From positions 64,001 through 128,000 of the forward strand of contig JBHYGA010000006.1 of NCBI GenBank assembly GCA_051859245.1: a stretch of DNA of 64,000 nt, read 5' to 3'. This document shows, piece by piece, positions 27,978 through 38,400 of this stretch; the stretch's first letter is position 1, and each line of letters starts with the position of its first letter. Position numbers and translations under genes: made by a program. The DNA is from Gemmatimonadaceae bacterium. Lineage in GTDB: Bacteria > Gemmatimonadota > Gemmatimonadetes > Gemmatimonadales > Gemmatimonadaceae. The notes beneath the pieces were generated by a model that saw nothing but the letters and a program-made list of their open reading frames with translations, was not told where the DNA came from and did not search any database.

Positions 27978-28924
27978 GGTGCACCACCTGGCGTGGGCGG
28001 AATCGGTCGGCGGGCGCCGCCACCGGGTCCGCCCGCGCCTCGACCACCGCCACCTCGTACTCCGCCGCCTTGCATTCCGCCGCCGGCACCGCCGCCGCGC
28101 ACACCGCCGCCACGACCGCCGCCTCCGCCACCTCCGCCGCCGCCGCCGCGTCCACCACCACCACCGCCGCGAATTCCACCACCAATGGCGCCACCACCAC
28201 CAGGGCCAAGTTCGGAGTCATCAACGCCGGCCGCTTGTCCCGCACCGGGCATCGCAAACACGAGTGGCAAGGAAAGCAGCGGGTGCACCTCACTCGTATC
28301 CGAAGCAAACGAAAGACGTGCGGCAATCGGTCGAATGGCTGCCACTTCAGATGCAGGTGTCCACCGATTGGTGGTGCGGTCCAGATACTCCACCGTGATC
28401 TGAGTAATCGCCGAGTCCAGCTGACGACGTTGCAACGGCGCGGCGGCGTTCTGCTGATACTCGATGGTGAGTCCCTGCTCAAGCGTATTGGGATCGCCAT
28501 CCACAAACAGTCGCACCAGCACGTTTGGTGTGAGCGCCGGTGTGAGTGCGCTCGTACTGAAACGCAGTTCATCGCCGCTCGACACTGCGGCGGTGATTAC
28601 CGGCACGAGACTCGAGCTGGAGGTGGCCGTCCGAACAGCCGACGCTCTGGCGGAAACGCCAGGTGCGCCCTGCGATTGTATGCGAATCGATCCCGACGAC
28701 ACCCAGCTTCGCAGCAAGTCACGTAGTGCCGCTGCGCGTTCGACTTGCAGCGACGAGTCGACCACAACGCGACGATGATCTATGATGGTGCCAAAGGCCG
28801 CGGCACCAGCGGCCGCCATGAGGCCCGTGATCACGACACCCACCACCAGCTCAACCAGCGTCATTCCCGCTCGCGACGCGCGTGCGACGCGACGGGGCAA
28901 GACGGCGTGCGGCGCGCGGCTCAC
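27974..28924 (-). CDS. gspJ: Minor pseudopilin GspJ-like with Gly/Arg-rich C-terminal tail
   Basis: RAG|MTLVE prepilin motif; GTG start at 28924 overlaps the gspI stop. Confidence 0.78.
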   Translation of the reverse strand: MSRAPHAVLPRRVARASRAGMTLVELVVGVVITGLMAAAGAAAFGTIIDHRRVVVDSSLQVERAAALRDLLRSWVSSGSIRIQSQGAPGVSARASAVRTATSSSSLVPVITAAVSSGDELRFSTSALTPALTPNVLVRLFVDGDPNTLEQGLTIEYQQNAAAPLQRRQLDSAITQITVEYLDRTTNRWTPASEVAAIRPIAARLSFASDTSEVHPLLSLPLVFAMPGAGQAAGVDDSELGPGGGGAIGGGIRGGGGGGRGGGGGGGGGGGRGGGVRGGGAGGGMQGGGVRGGGGRGAGGPGGGARRPIPPTPGGAP

Positions 28925-29319
28925 GAACTGCCTCCGCGCGTTGCAAACGGTGGGCGTCGATACTGCGCGGTGTGGACGGTACTCGAACCGTCCATCCAGC
29001 GCAGTGTGATCGTCACATCGTATAGCCCCGGATAAATCGCATGCGGTGCTGATTCCGTCGTCCACGTATAGCCGTCGAGTGGCGCGTCGAACTGACCCTC
29101 CGCGATGGAATCCGGGAGACTCTGGAGCTCTCGATCGGTCGCCAGATTCAACAGGTTGACGCGTTCGCTCAGCAATGCTTCCACTTCGATGGCGCGACGC
29201 GCGCGCTCTGACGTGCGCATCTCCGCGCCGACCGTGGCCAGCGCGCTGATAGTGGTCACGGCCACAATCGCCAATGATGCGATGGCTTCGAAGAGCGAGA
29301 TGCCGCGTCTAGCGCGCAT
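28921..29319 (-). CDS. gspI: Minor pseudopilin GspI-like
   Basis: RRG|ISLFE prepilin motif, short protein, position between H and J. Confidence 0.78.
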   Translation of the reverse strand: MRARRGISLFEAIASLAIVAVTTISALATVGAEMRTSERARRAIEVEALLSERVNLLNLATDRELQSLPDSIAEGQFDAPLDGYTWTTESAPHAIYPGLYDVTITLRWMDGSSTVHTAQYRRPPFATRGGSS

Positions 29320-29758
29320 ACGCACCTGCAACTCCGCTCCAGGGGTCAACGGCGATGACTGACGTGCCGCGCGTTCCTCTCACAAGCAACGTATCGGCGA
29401 ACGCGGCGCCGCTTGGACGAAATACGAACTGCAAGCGAGGACGATCCGTCTCCATGGATTCCACTACGCCCAGATCGAGTTGGCCCTCGGCGTACAACCC
29501 AGAACCCGAAATGCCTGTCGTGTCCACACGATACAGGCCGTTCACCGGATCGATGCGCAGCGCCACGGTTTGCGACGACACGATGGCCAGCTTGCGACTA
29601 TCGCGCAGCACACCGAGAATCGCGTCGGTGAGACTCGGCGGCTCATCGTTTCTGAGCGACGCCCACTGCGGCACCACGAGCAACGCCGTGACGGCCATGA
29701 TCGCAAACACGATCGTCATTTCCCAGAGCGTGAATCCGCGGCGCAGGCGTGTGCTCAT
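29309..29758 (-). CDS. gspH: Minor pseudopilin GspH/FimT-like
   Basis: RRG|FTLWE; FVFRPSG; IAVDPWSG. Confidence 0.82.
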   Translation of the reverse strand: MSTRLRRGFTLWEMTIVFAIMAVTALLVVPQWASLRNDEPPSLTDAILGVLRDSRKLAIVSSQTVALRIDPVNGLYRVDTTGISGSGLYAEGQLDLGVVESMETDRPRLQFVFRPSGAAFADTLLVRGTRGTSVIAVDPWSGVAGAYAR

Positions 29759-30960
29759 GCGAACGACGTGGCGTTGATGCCGTAGATAGCCTGCAGCAAC
29801 GACAGTGCGATCAGCGCGACAATCGCGCCGAAAATCACGATCATGACGGGCTCTGCGAGTGTGGCCAGTCGCTGTGTCGCACGTTCCGTGCGCTCTTCAA
29901 AAATATCAGCCGCCTTCATGAGAAACTCACGCAAGCGACCGGCCTCTTCACCAACGCCGATCAACTGCGCGAGCAACGGGGGAAAGATGGCGCTGTCCGC
30001 CACGGCGGCGCGCAGCGAGCTGCCTTCACGCACGCGCGTGCGAATGCGTTCGGCGTGCTCGCGCGCGATCGGATCGCTCAGGGATTCCACCGTGTCATCG
30101 AGTGCGGCCAGCAACGGCGCGCCGCCGCCGATCAGCACGCCAACAAGTCGTGCAAAACGCGCCGCCAGCGCATACATGCGAAGGGTTCGTACCAGTGGCA
30201 GCGCCAGCATCAGCTGCGCGGCCGCACGTCGTCCTTCTGCACTCTGTCGCATCCAGACGCCCAACAACACCGCACCGGCGGGAATGAGCATCAACGGCAT
30301 CCAGAAGCGACGCAAGAACGCCGAAGCGCCGAGCAGAAAGCGCGTGGACGTTGGCAGCTGTGCTCCGGTGCCCTCAAGCAACTCCACGAACTGCGGCAGC
30401 ACAAAAAACAACAAGACGATCACGGCGATCCCTCCGGCCGCCGCGAGCAGCAGTGGATAGATCGCCGCGGACAACACGCGACCGCGCAGCTGTTCGTCGC
30501 GTTCCAACTGAATCGCCAGACGATTGAACGCACTGTCGAGGTCGCCACTGCGCTCCCCCGCGCGCACAACGCCCACGTACATGCGGGAGAAGAGAGCAGG
30601 AAACGCCGTCATCGCGGCCGAGAGCGTTTCGCCGCGTTCCACGCGCGCACGCACTTCCTGCAGTGCATCGCGCACCGAACCGGACGCAACGCCGGTCGCG
30701 GCATTTAGCGCTTGCGCCAGCGGCATGCCCGCTGGAAGCAACGCCGCCATCGCGCGCGTGACCTCCAGCACTTCACGTCGACTGCCGAAGCGTGCACCGC
30801 CCGTGCTCGCGGCCGCGCCATCGGGTGCATCGGCGATTTCGAGCACCAGCAAGCCACGGTCTTCCAGCGTTCGCGACAACGCACCGGCGCTGGCGGCGTG
30901 TTCAACGCCCCGCAGGCTGGCACCGGCGGTATTGACCGCTTTGAACGCGAAGGCAGGCAT
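29755..30960 (-). CDS. gspF: Type II secretion platform protein GspF
   Basis: VRAGERSGDL, AAIYP, GVGEEAGRL, LAEP motifs. Confidence 0.95.
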   Translation of the reverse strand: MPAFAFKAVNTAGASLRGVEHAASAGALSRTLEDRGLLVLEIADAPDGAAASTGGARFGSRREVLEVTRAMAALLPAGMPLAQALNAATGVASGSVRDALQEVRARVERGETLSAAMTAFPALFSRMYVGVVRAGERSGDLDSAFNRLAIQLERDEQLRGRVLSAAIYPLLLAAAGGIAVIVLLFFVLPQFVELLEGTGAQLPTSTRFLLGASAFLRRFWMPLMLIPAGAVLLGVWMRQSAEGRRAAAQLMLALPLVRTLRMYALAARFARLVGVLIGGGAPLLAALDDTVESLSDPIAREHAERIRTRVREGSSLRAAVADSAIFPPLLAQLIGVGEEAGRLREFLMKAADIFEERTERATQRLATLAEPVMIVIFGAIVALIALSLLQAIYGINATSFA

Positions 30961-30984
30961 GCGTGTGTGGCCGGATGGAAACGT

Positions 30985-31425
30985 CTACTGCCAGCTCAGA
31001 ATGTCGGCGTCTTCACCGTCGCCGCCAGGCTGGCCATCGGCGCCAAGCGAAATCAGATCGAAGCCAGTGGGATTGGACTGTCCGGGGAAGATGTAGATGT
31101 AGGCGCGTCCCCAGGGATCAAGCGGTACGGCCTTTCGCAGGTACGGTCCGCGCCAGTTTGCCGGCGGCTGAATCGACGGCAGCTCCCACAGAGCGTTTAG
31201 TCCCTGCTCGGACGACGGGTACGAGCCATTGTCGAGTCGATAGGCGTCAAGCGTGGTGGCGATCATTTCCATTTGCGACTTGGCGGTCGCGGACTTGGCC
31301 GCGCCAACGTGCTGAAAGACGTTTGGCGCAACCAGCGCGGCCAGGATCGCAATGACGACGATGACGACCAGAATCTCAATCAACGTGAAAGCACGTCGAC
31401 GAACGCGCACGTGAGGACCGTACAT
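30985..31425 (-). CDS. gspG: Major pseudopilin GspG
   Basis: RRA|FTLIE; YRLDNGSYPSSEQGL; NWRGPYL; DPWG; SLGADGQPGGDGEDADI. Confidence 0.96.
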   Translation of the reverse strand: MYGPHVRVRRRAFTLIEILVVIVVIAILAALVAPNVFQHVGAAKSATAKSQMEMIATTLDAYRLDNGSYPSSEQGLNALWELPSIQPPANWRGPYLRKAVPLDPWGRAYIYIFPGQSNPTGFDLISLGADGQPGGDGEDADILSWQ

Positions 31426-31724
31426 GGGAGGGAGCTGCGAGGGGAGGGAGAAGCCGTGTCTTTGGACACGCGCCGCGACACCACGGTTTGCGCTCATCGA
31501 CCGTAACGGGAGACGCCTGTGTATCGTCAACGTTAGCGCGTTTCGTGGGCCACGACTACGGGCGCGTATGGCAGGGTTCGGCAGGGCCATCCGTGTAATA
31601 GCTGTGACTCGATCGCCCGTGGCGTTCCGGCCGGAGGGTGCGCATACTCCAGTCACTGCTGGTCATCTCAATCCCGCCGTGAGCCCATGCCAGCGCGCCC
31701 CGTGTCTCCGTTCTCCCAGAGGAA

Positions 31725-33215
31725 GTGAACATGCCTGTGCAGTCGGACACCGCGCGCGATGTGAATGTTGCGAACCGTCGCGATTTCCTGCGTCAGGCGA
31801 CGGGTCGGGCGCGAGCGTCGGTTGCGTCATCCGCTGCCGAATCGCTGAACATATCGGCGCTTGTACCAACGCCCGCGAGCTGGGCTGATCCTCGATTGCG
31901 TTTGTTGCGACGTGCAACCAACGGACTGCGCAGCGGTGATGTGCTCGACGTCAACAATCGCGGGTATCAACAGTGGTTGAACGAACAGGTCAACTACACG
32001 CAGATCGACGATGCCGCCGTCGAGGCGACCGTCGCGCAGCGCTGGCCGCTTCTCTCGCAAACGGAGCTGCAGCTGGCACCGGTGAACGCCGGTACTGTTC
32101 GCACGCAGTTGCAGGATGCCACACTCTACCGTGCGGCCTATTCGCGTCGGCAGTTGTATGAGCGCATGGTGGAGTTCTGGAGCGATCACTTCAACATTTC
32201 GATTGACAAGGTTGGCTATCTCAAGGCGATCGACGACCGGGAAGTGATTCGCAAGCATGCGATGGGCAAGTTCGGTGATTTGCTCAAGGCCAGCGCGCAC
32301 AGCCCGGCGATGCTGGCGTACCTCGATCAGAACTTGAGCCGCGTTGGTTCGCCCAACCAGAATTACGCCCGTGAGCTGATGGAGCTGCACACCATCGGCG
32401 TAGATGGCGGATACACGCAAGCAGACGTTGAGCAATTGTCGCGTGTGTTCACCGGTTGGACTATCTCAGGAGCGGGCACGTTTTTGTTCAACGCGTCCCG
32501 ACATGATTTTGGCGCGAAGACGGTGCTCGGTGTACAGATACCCGCCACGCCGACATCAACGGGCGCGGCCGGCATCAACGAAGGTGAGATGATGCTTGAC
32601 GTGCTGATCAACCACCCGAGTACGGCGCGCTATCTGGCAACAAAGTTACTCAAGTGGTTCATCACGCCTGAGCCCACCGAGGCACAGATCAGCGCCATCG
32701 CTGGTGCGTACAAGGCAACGGGCGGCGACATCAAACGCATCGTGCGGGCCGTGCTGAATGAAGGATTCGTCACGAACGCGCCGGCCAAACTCAAGCGGCC
32801 TTTTCATCTGGTCGCGTCGGGCCTTCGTGCAACGAACGCCGAGATGACCACAGCGACGTCCATGACGGGACAAGTGCGGGTGATCGGACAGCCCCTGTTT
32901 CAGTACGAGACGCCAGATGGCTATCCAGATCTGATGGAGTACTGGGTTGGCAACGTGGCCCCACGCTGGGCGTTCGGCACCACACTCGCCAACTCGGCAT
33001 CGGCGACGTCACTGAACGTGGATGTCGCGCCCTACCTGGCCGGTACACCAGACGCCGCGATTGATCGGATTCAAACCGAGTTCTTCGGAGGCGAACTGGC
33101 GACGCACACTCGTGAGGCGCTGCTGACGTATTTGCGTGGCGGCACGTTCAACGCGACGCGTGTTCGGGAAGTGATTGCTCTCGCGTTGTGCAGCTACGAA
33201 TTCCAATGGTACTGA
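31725..33215 (+). CDS. DUF1800 domain protein
   Basis: QLYERMVEFWSDHFN, PAMLAYLD, NQNYARELMELHTIG, YTQADV, FTGW, PDGYPD. Confidence 0.93.
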   Translation: MNMPVQSDTARDVNVANRRDFLRQATGRARASVASSAAESLNISALVPTPASWADPRLRLLRRATNGLRSGDVLDVNNRGYQQWLNEQVNYTQIDDAAVEATVAQRWPLLSQTELQLAPVNAGTVRTQLQDATLYRAAYSRRQLYERMVEFWSDHFNISIDKVGYLKAIDDREVIRKHAMGKFGDLLKASAHSPAMLAYLDQNLSRVGSPNQNYARELMELHTIGVDGGYTQADVEQLSRVFTGWTISGAGTFLFNASRHDFGAKTVLGVQIPATPTSTGAAGINEGEMMLDVLINHPSTARYLATKLLKWFITPEPTEAQISAIAGAYKATGGDIKRIVRAVLNEGFVTNAPAKLKRPFHLVASGLRATNAEMTTATSMTGQVRVIGQPLFQYETPDGYPDLMEYWVGNVAPRWAFGTTLANSASATSLNVDVAPYLAGTPDAAIDRIQTEFFGGELATHTREALLTYLRGGTFNATRVREVIALALCSYEFQWY

Positions 33216-33231
33216 GCCAGGAGCCACAATC

Positions 33232-34530
33232 ATGAGTCACGACGAACACGCCGACGACACCGGCTGCTCCGAGTATCAGCACCTGTCGCGGCGGCGCTTC
33301 ATGGCCACCTCGGCCCAGTTGACTGCCGCCGCTGCTGTTTTTCCGGCATGGCTGCCGCGGATCACGCTCGCTGATCACTACTCGGCGACGCGCGATGTAA
33401 TGGTATCGGTCTTCATGCGAGGCGGAACTGATGGTCTCGCGATGGTAATTCCGCACACGGATCCACGCTACTATGCGATCCGGCCAACGATTGCGACACC
33501 CGCGCCGGATTCGTTGTCGCAGAACAAAGCGATTGCGCTCGACAATTTCTTTGCATTCCCTCCGGCCATGCAGGGGCTGTTGCCGGCGTATCTGAACAAC
33601 GATCTGCTTGTGTTGCACGCGGTCGGGCAGCTCACGAACACGTCGCGCTCGCACTTTGACGCGCAGCGCTACATGGAGGTGGGCAAGCCGGTCGATCCCG
33701 ACTTGACCACAGGCTGGCTTGGTCGACATCTCGCGAGCGTGCCGCCGATCAAGAGCGACAGCAAACTGCGCGGCATTGGCATCGGATCCGGTTTGGCCAA
33801 GACGCTCGTGGGTGGGCCAAAAACGTTGCCGATTGCCGATCCGGCGAACTACTCAATCGGTGGGTCATCCTCCACCCGTGCAGCTCGCACCGCAATGCTG
33901 CAAAACAACTTTGGCAACACGGTCGATCCGCTCAAGTCGGCCGCGCTTGATGCAATTGGCACGATGGAGTTGCTGTCCACCTTGAACGTCAACGGGTACA
34001 CGCCGGCTAACGGTGTCACCTATCCGAATACGTCCTTTGGTCGCGCATTGCGTGCGATCGCGGTGCTGATCAAGTCGGATATCGGTCTGGAAGCCGCGTC
34101 GATTGATATCGGCGGTTGGGACACACACGCCACACAGGATCCGAACGCTGGTCAGATGTTCACTCTGATGCTGCAGTTCTCAACAGCACTTGGCGCGTTC
34201 TGGGCCGACGTGATTGCCACGAGCTATCCGGTCACTGCCGTCGCGGTATCAGAGTTTGGTCGCAACGCCAAGGAGAATGGTAGCGCCGGAACCGATCACG
34301 GCCGTGCAACCGCGATGTTTGCGATGGGTTCACAGATTGCCGGCGGCCGCGTGCTGACGGCCGGCTGGCCCGGGCTGGCAGAGAATCAGCTGGAGAACCG
34401 TCAGGACCTGCGCGTGACGATGGACTATCGTGATGTGCTGGCCGAGATCGTGGAGAAGCGGTTGGAAAACTCGAATCTCGGATTTGTGTTCCCGGGATTC
34501 ACACCAACGTTTCGCGGTGTGGTGGTGTAG
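33232..34530 (+). CDS. DUF1501 domain protein with Tat signal
   Basis: SRRRFM twin-arginine motif; FMRGGTDGL, RSHFD, GWLGR, GGWDTH, SEFGR, GTDHG. Confidence 0.93.
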   Translation: MSHDEHADDTGCSEYQHLSRRRFMATSAQLTAAAAVFPAWLPRITLADHYSATRDVMVSVFMRGGTDGLAMVIPHTDPRYYAIRPTIATPAPDSLSQNKAIALDNFFAFPPAMQGLLPAYLNNDLLVLHAVGQLTNTSRSHFDAQRYMEVGKPVDPDLTTGWLGRHLASVPPIKSDSKLRGIGIGSGLAKTLVGGPKTLPIADPANYSIGGSSSTRAARTAMLQNNFGNTVDPLKSAALDAIGTMELLSTLNVNGYTPANGVTYPNTSFGRALRAIAVLIKSDIGLEAASIDIGGWDTHATQDPNAGQMFTLMLQFSTALGAFWADVIATSYPVTAVAVSEFGRNAKENGSAGTDHGRATAMFAMGSQIAGGRVLTAGWPGLAENQLENRQDLRVTMDYRDVLAEIVEKRLENSNLGFVFPGFTPTFRGVVV

Positions 34531-34539
34531 CGGAACTGC

Positions 34540-34923
34540 TTAGTGCACGATGACTTCGCCGGTCATGCCGGGGTGTACGGTGCAGAAGTACGAAAACGTT
34601 CCCACGGTGGTGAACGTACGTGATACGGTCGTGTCCTTCACAATGGGAACGTCGATAGGAGCGCCCGTGACACTCCGGTTGAACAGTGCGTTATGTCCGT
34701 CACCATCCGGCGACTCGGTCATGCGAAAACGAATGGTTCCGCCAACAGCAATGTCGGCGGTTGCCGGACTGAAAATGTTTCCTGGAGTGAAGACATCCAG
34801 TGACATGGGGTATTCAGGATCCGGCTGGACTGAATCCGAACCGCTGCACGCAATAATGGCCGAAAGGCTCACCACTGCCACCAGAACCCGCTGATGCATC
34901 GAACGTCGAATGAAGTGTGTCAT
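34540..34923 (-). CDS. Plastocyanin/cupredoxin-like blue copper lipoprotein
   Basis: Lipobox IIAC; type-1 Cu ligands HN...YFCTVHPGM. Start could be 34899. Confidence 0.85.
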   Translation of the reverse strand: MTHFIRRSMHQRVLVAVVSLSAIIACSGSDSVQPDPEYPMSLDVFTPGNIFSPATADIAVGGTIRFRMTESPDGDGHNALFNRSVTGAPIDVPIVKDTTVSRTFTTVGTFSYFCTVHPGMTGEVIVH

Positions 34924-34932
34924 GGCTCGTGT

Positions 34933-35412
34933 GTGACGCGTGGGAGAGGCCGAACGTTACGGTCTCGTACGCGGAAGCTACTGCTTGCGATGTCGATCGT
35001 CACGCTGGCCGCGTGCGGAGGCAGTGATTCGGGCGGACCGACTGCGCCGCCGCCACCGAGTGGGACCGACCCCGTAGTCGGTGCATTCACGTTGACAACG
35101 GTGAACTCCGGACCACTCCCGTTCACGCTCTTCAACGAGGGTGGGTTCAGGCTGGAAATGACCGGCAGCACAATGGCCATGCAGGCGGGTGGCCAGTTTG
35201 TCATGGCGACCACCACGCGCGAAACCGTCGCAGGGTTTCCCTCGACGTACGTGGACTCCACGCGCGGCACATGGACACAGAACGCTGGTGCGGTCACGCT
35301 CACGGCAATGAGTGGTGCGAGTGCGGCGGCAACGTGGGACGGCACACGTCTGTCGTTTCAGATGACCGGTGATCCTGGCGTACTGTCGTTGGTGTATCGC
35401 AAGGATCCCTAG
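34933..35412 (+). CDS. Hypothetical lipoprotein
   Basis: Lipobox LAAC, Pro-rich linker, beta-rich domain; start uncertain. Confidence 0.7.
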   Translation: MTRGRGRTLRSRTRKLLLAMSIVTLAACGGSDSGGPTAPPPPSGTDPVVGAFTLTTVNSGPLPFTLFNEGGFRLEMTGSTMAMQAGGQFVMATTTRETVAGFPSTYVDSTRGTWTQNAGAVTLTAMSGASAAATWDGTRLSFQMTGDPGVLSLVYRKDP

Positions 35413-38400
35413 TCAGCGCGGTGTTTCGCGAAGCGCCTGCTCCATCACGTGCAGAATTTGCTCGGCATCGTGTAGCGACAGACACATCGGGCCACGAAGC
35501 TTGATCACATTATGATGCGGGCCGTCGGTGCCAGCCAGTACACCGTGTGCGCGCATGCGCTGCACAACGTGAGAGGCCTCGTCGGCTGCTGGAGTGCGCG
35601 TTTCCCGGTCACGCACCAGCTCAACGCCGAGAAAGAGTCCGGCGCCGCGCACGTCACCGATAATATCGTGGGTGTGTGCGAGGTTGCGCAGGCCTTGTAA
35701 GAGAGAATCTCCCACGCGCTGCGCATTGTGCTGCAGCTTTTCCTCGAGTGTCACCGCCAGCGTTTCGCGCGCCGCTACGCACGCCGCCGTGCTGCCACCA
35801 AACGTGCTGAAGTACTCCATGCCGTTGTCAAAGCGATCGGCGATCGCACGGGTGGTAACAACGGCGCCCATTGGATAGCCGTTGGCAATCGGTTTGCCGA
35901 GCACCACGATGTCGGGAAGCACCTGGTGCTGTTCGAAAGCCCAGAAGTGTGAACCGATACGACCGAAGCCCGTTTGCACTTCGTCGGCAATGCACACGCC
36001 GCCGGCCGCGCGCACACGGTCATACACGGCGGCGAGATACCCGGTGGGCAGCATAATCTGGCCGGCAACACTCGGGCAGGTTTCGGCAATGTATCCGCAC
36101 AGTGCGCGATCCGTTTGTTGCAACTGATCAATCACCAGTCCTACCTGCGCTGCAAACCACGCGCCGGGCTCGCCGGTGTACCCGCGGTTCCGGTAGGTAT
36201 CCGGAATCGGTGATGCGTGCACCCAGTCCGGTGGCCCCTGCCCACCCGGACCATTGTGCTTGTACGGGCTGAGATCGATGAGTGTGGTCGTGTGTCCATG
36301 ATACGCCGCGTCCATCACGATCATGTCGCGCGCGTTTGTGTAACTGCGCGCGAGTCGTAGTGCGAGCTCATTGGCCTCGCTGCCGGATGCGGTAAAGAAG
36401 CAGACGCTCAACGCATCGGGAAGCGTTGCGGTGAGCGCCTCTGCGTACTCCGTCAGCTGTTCCTGCAAGTAGCGCGTGTTGGTGTTGAGCACGGCCAGCT
36501 GATCGCTCACCGCGCGAACGACCCGGGGATGCGAGTGACCCACATGGGCCACGTTGTTGTACGCGTCAATGAAGCGATGCGCGTGCTGATTGTAGAGATA
36601 CTGACCGAAACCACGCACAATATTGAGTGGTGCGTCACCGTACGACACACTCACGTTGTGCGACAACAAACGGGCTCGTGCTGCGGCAATCTCCGGAGCC
36701 GTATCGTGTGTTGCGAGATGCGCCGCTGGAATGCCGAGCAGCAGGTTTGGATCCGGGCAGATGCTGTGCCACACGGCGCGCTGACTGGCCCGCACGGCAC
36801 CGTTCACGTTGCACGGCACGTCGAGCATGTCCACAATCAGCTGCACGTGTACATGGGCCCACCAGTTCCCATTTGTGGGCGCACTGCCGATGCGCGCGAA
36901 CTCGGTACCCTTGGTGATTTGCTGCCCGATTTTCAGCTTGCTCAGCGAGTCGAGCGAGAGGTGACCGTAGAGTGCGAAAAACTCCACGGGATGCTCACCC
37001 GTGGTCACGTGCCGTAGCACGATCACCGGGCCGTAGTCGTGGTGCGCGTCTGCGAACTCAAATCCGTACACCTCGCCATCAAGCGGCGCAAAGATAGGTG
37101 TACCTGGCGGTGCGGAGAGATCGAGGCCGATGTGAATCGTACGCGGTTCCGATGCGCGCGGTTCGAGCGGCCAGTGATAGATCAGCCGCGCTTCATCGTA
37201 TCCGCCTGCGCCAATTGTTGCACCCGCGCGATCGAGCAGGTGCTGAATGCGTTGATCCAGGAGCGCAGGTTCGTTCAGCGCAGTTTGACTGCTGATGAGG
37301 GCGCTGCCCGCGCTGAAGTCGAGCGGCACGACCGGTGTCACGCGCAGGTCCTGGCCCAGCACCGGAGCAAACTCCGTGGCGTGCTGCACAAGCCACTGCA
37401 CGATGCGGGGTGACTGCGGCACAGGTGACAAGCCACATGCATGACGGAATGTGTAGCGCGCAAAACGTGGGTGTACAGCCGAAAGCCGCGGGAGCGTTCG
37501 CTCGATCGGCTGCTGACTGATTGCGAGATACGGATCGTCTGGTCGCTCCGCACGTTGTGTCGCCGCGAGGCATGTACTTACGCACAAACGCGTACACATC
37601 AGCGTGAACAGCACGTCAATTTCGGTCTCGTTGAGTGCACGCACTGCGTGATACCCATGCAAAACCTGAGCCGCTGCGGCGAGCGGGTCATCCGCTCCAA
37701 GCGCAACATACGCCATCGCAATTGCAAGGTCATTCACCGTATGGCTGAACACGGCATCGCCAAAATCAACGAGACCCGTGGCGCGCTGCATGCGCGCGTC
37801 CACCAGCACGTTGTAGTCGTTGACATCACCGTGAATGACACTCATTGGCAGTTGCGCGAGGCGTGGCGCCACATCTCGCTCATACTGCGTTTGAAAAGCG
37901 GTAACAGCGTCGCGAACCGCGTGGTTTGACACGCGTGACGCGTGTTCGCGGATCACCTCCGGGGCTCGTGCTAGATCCCAGTGAAAATCGCGGTGCAGGG
38001 CCGCGTGGTCGAACCCGCTGAGCGCGTTGGTGAGTGCTGCAACGGCACGCCCCACGTCGCGGCGCAGGGCATCGGTGTGCAGCGAGACGGTGCCAAGCGG
38101 CTCACCAGGAAGCGCGGTGATCAGACGCACCATGTGTCCATCGTGCATGCAGATCAGCTCACCGTCTAACGCCGGCACAAGCGTTGGACAGAGGGCGGTC
38201 GCGGATACGTGGCGCAGCATTGCGCACTCCGCCTCGATGATCGCGGCGGATGTGTGTGCGTTCGACACCTTTAATACAAACTCGCCGGCGTGCGCAGTGC
38301 GCAGGCGGAAGTTCTGGTCGCGTTCGCTCGGCAGCATCAGCACGCTGCCTGTGACCCCCAAATATCGCTCGGCCAAGAGCGCCGCTTGTTCGGCCGTAAA

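Noticed and set aside
27990..28205. GCC/ACC repeats as a CRISPR array or phase-variable microsatellite
   Set aside because: They are mixed Gly codons of a coding tail, with no repeat-spacer structure and no cas genes.
21247..31425. Cluster as type IV pilus or competence machinery
   Set aside because: GspG and GspK signatures are T2SS-specific, and there is no PilT in the cluster.
31426..31724. Possible riboswitch (c-di-GMP-like GCAAAC) upstream of gspG
   Set aside because: I could not build the second stem or other conserved elements by eye. An Infernal/Rfam scan would decide.
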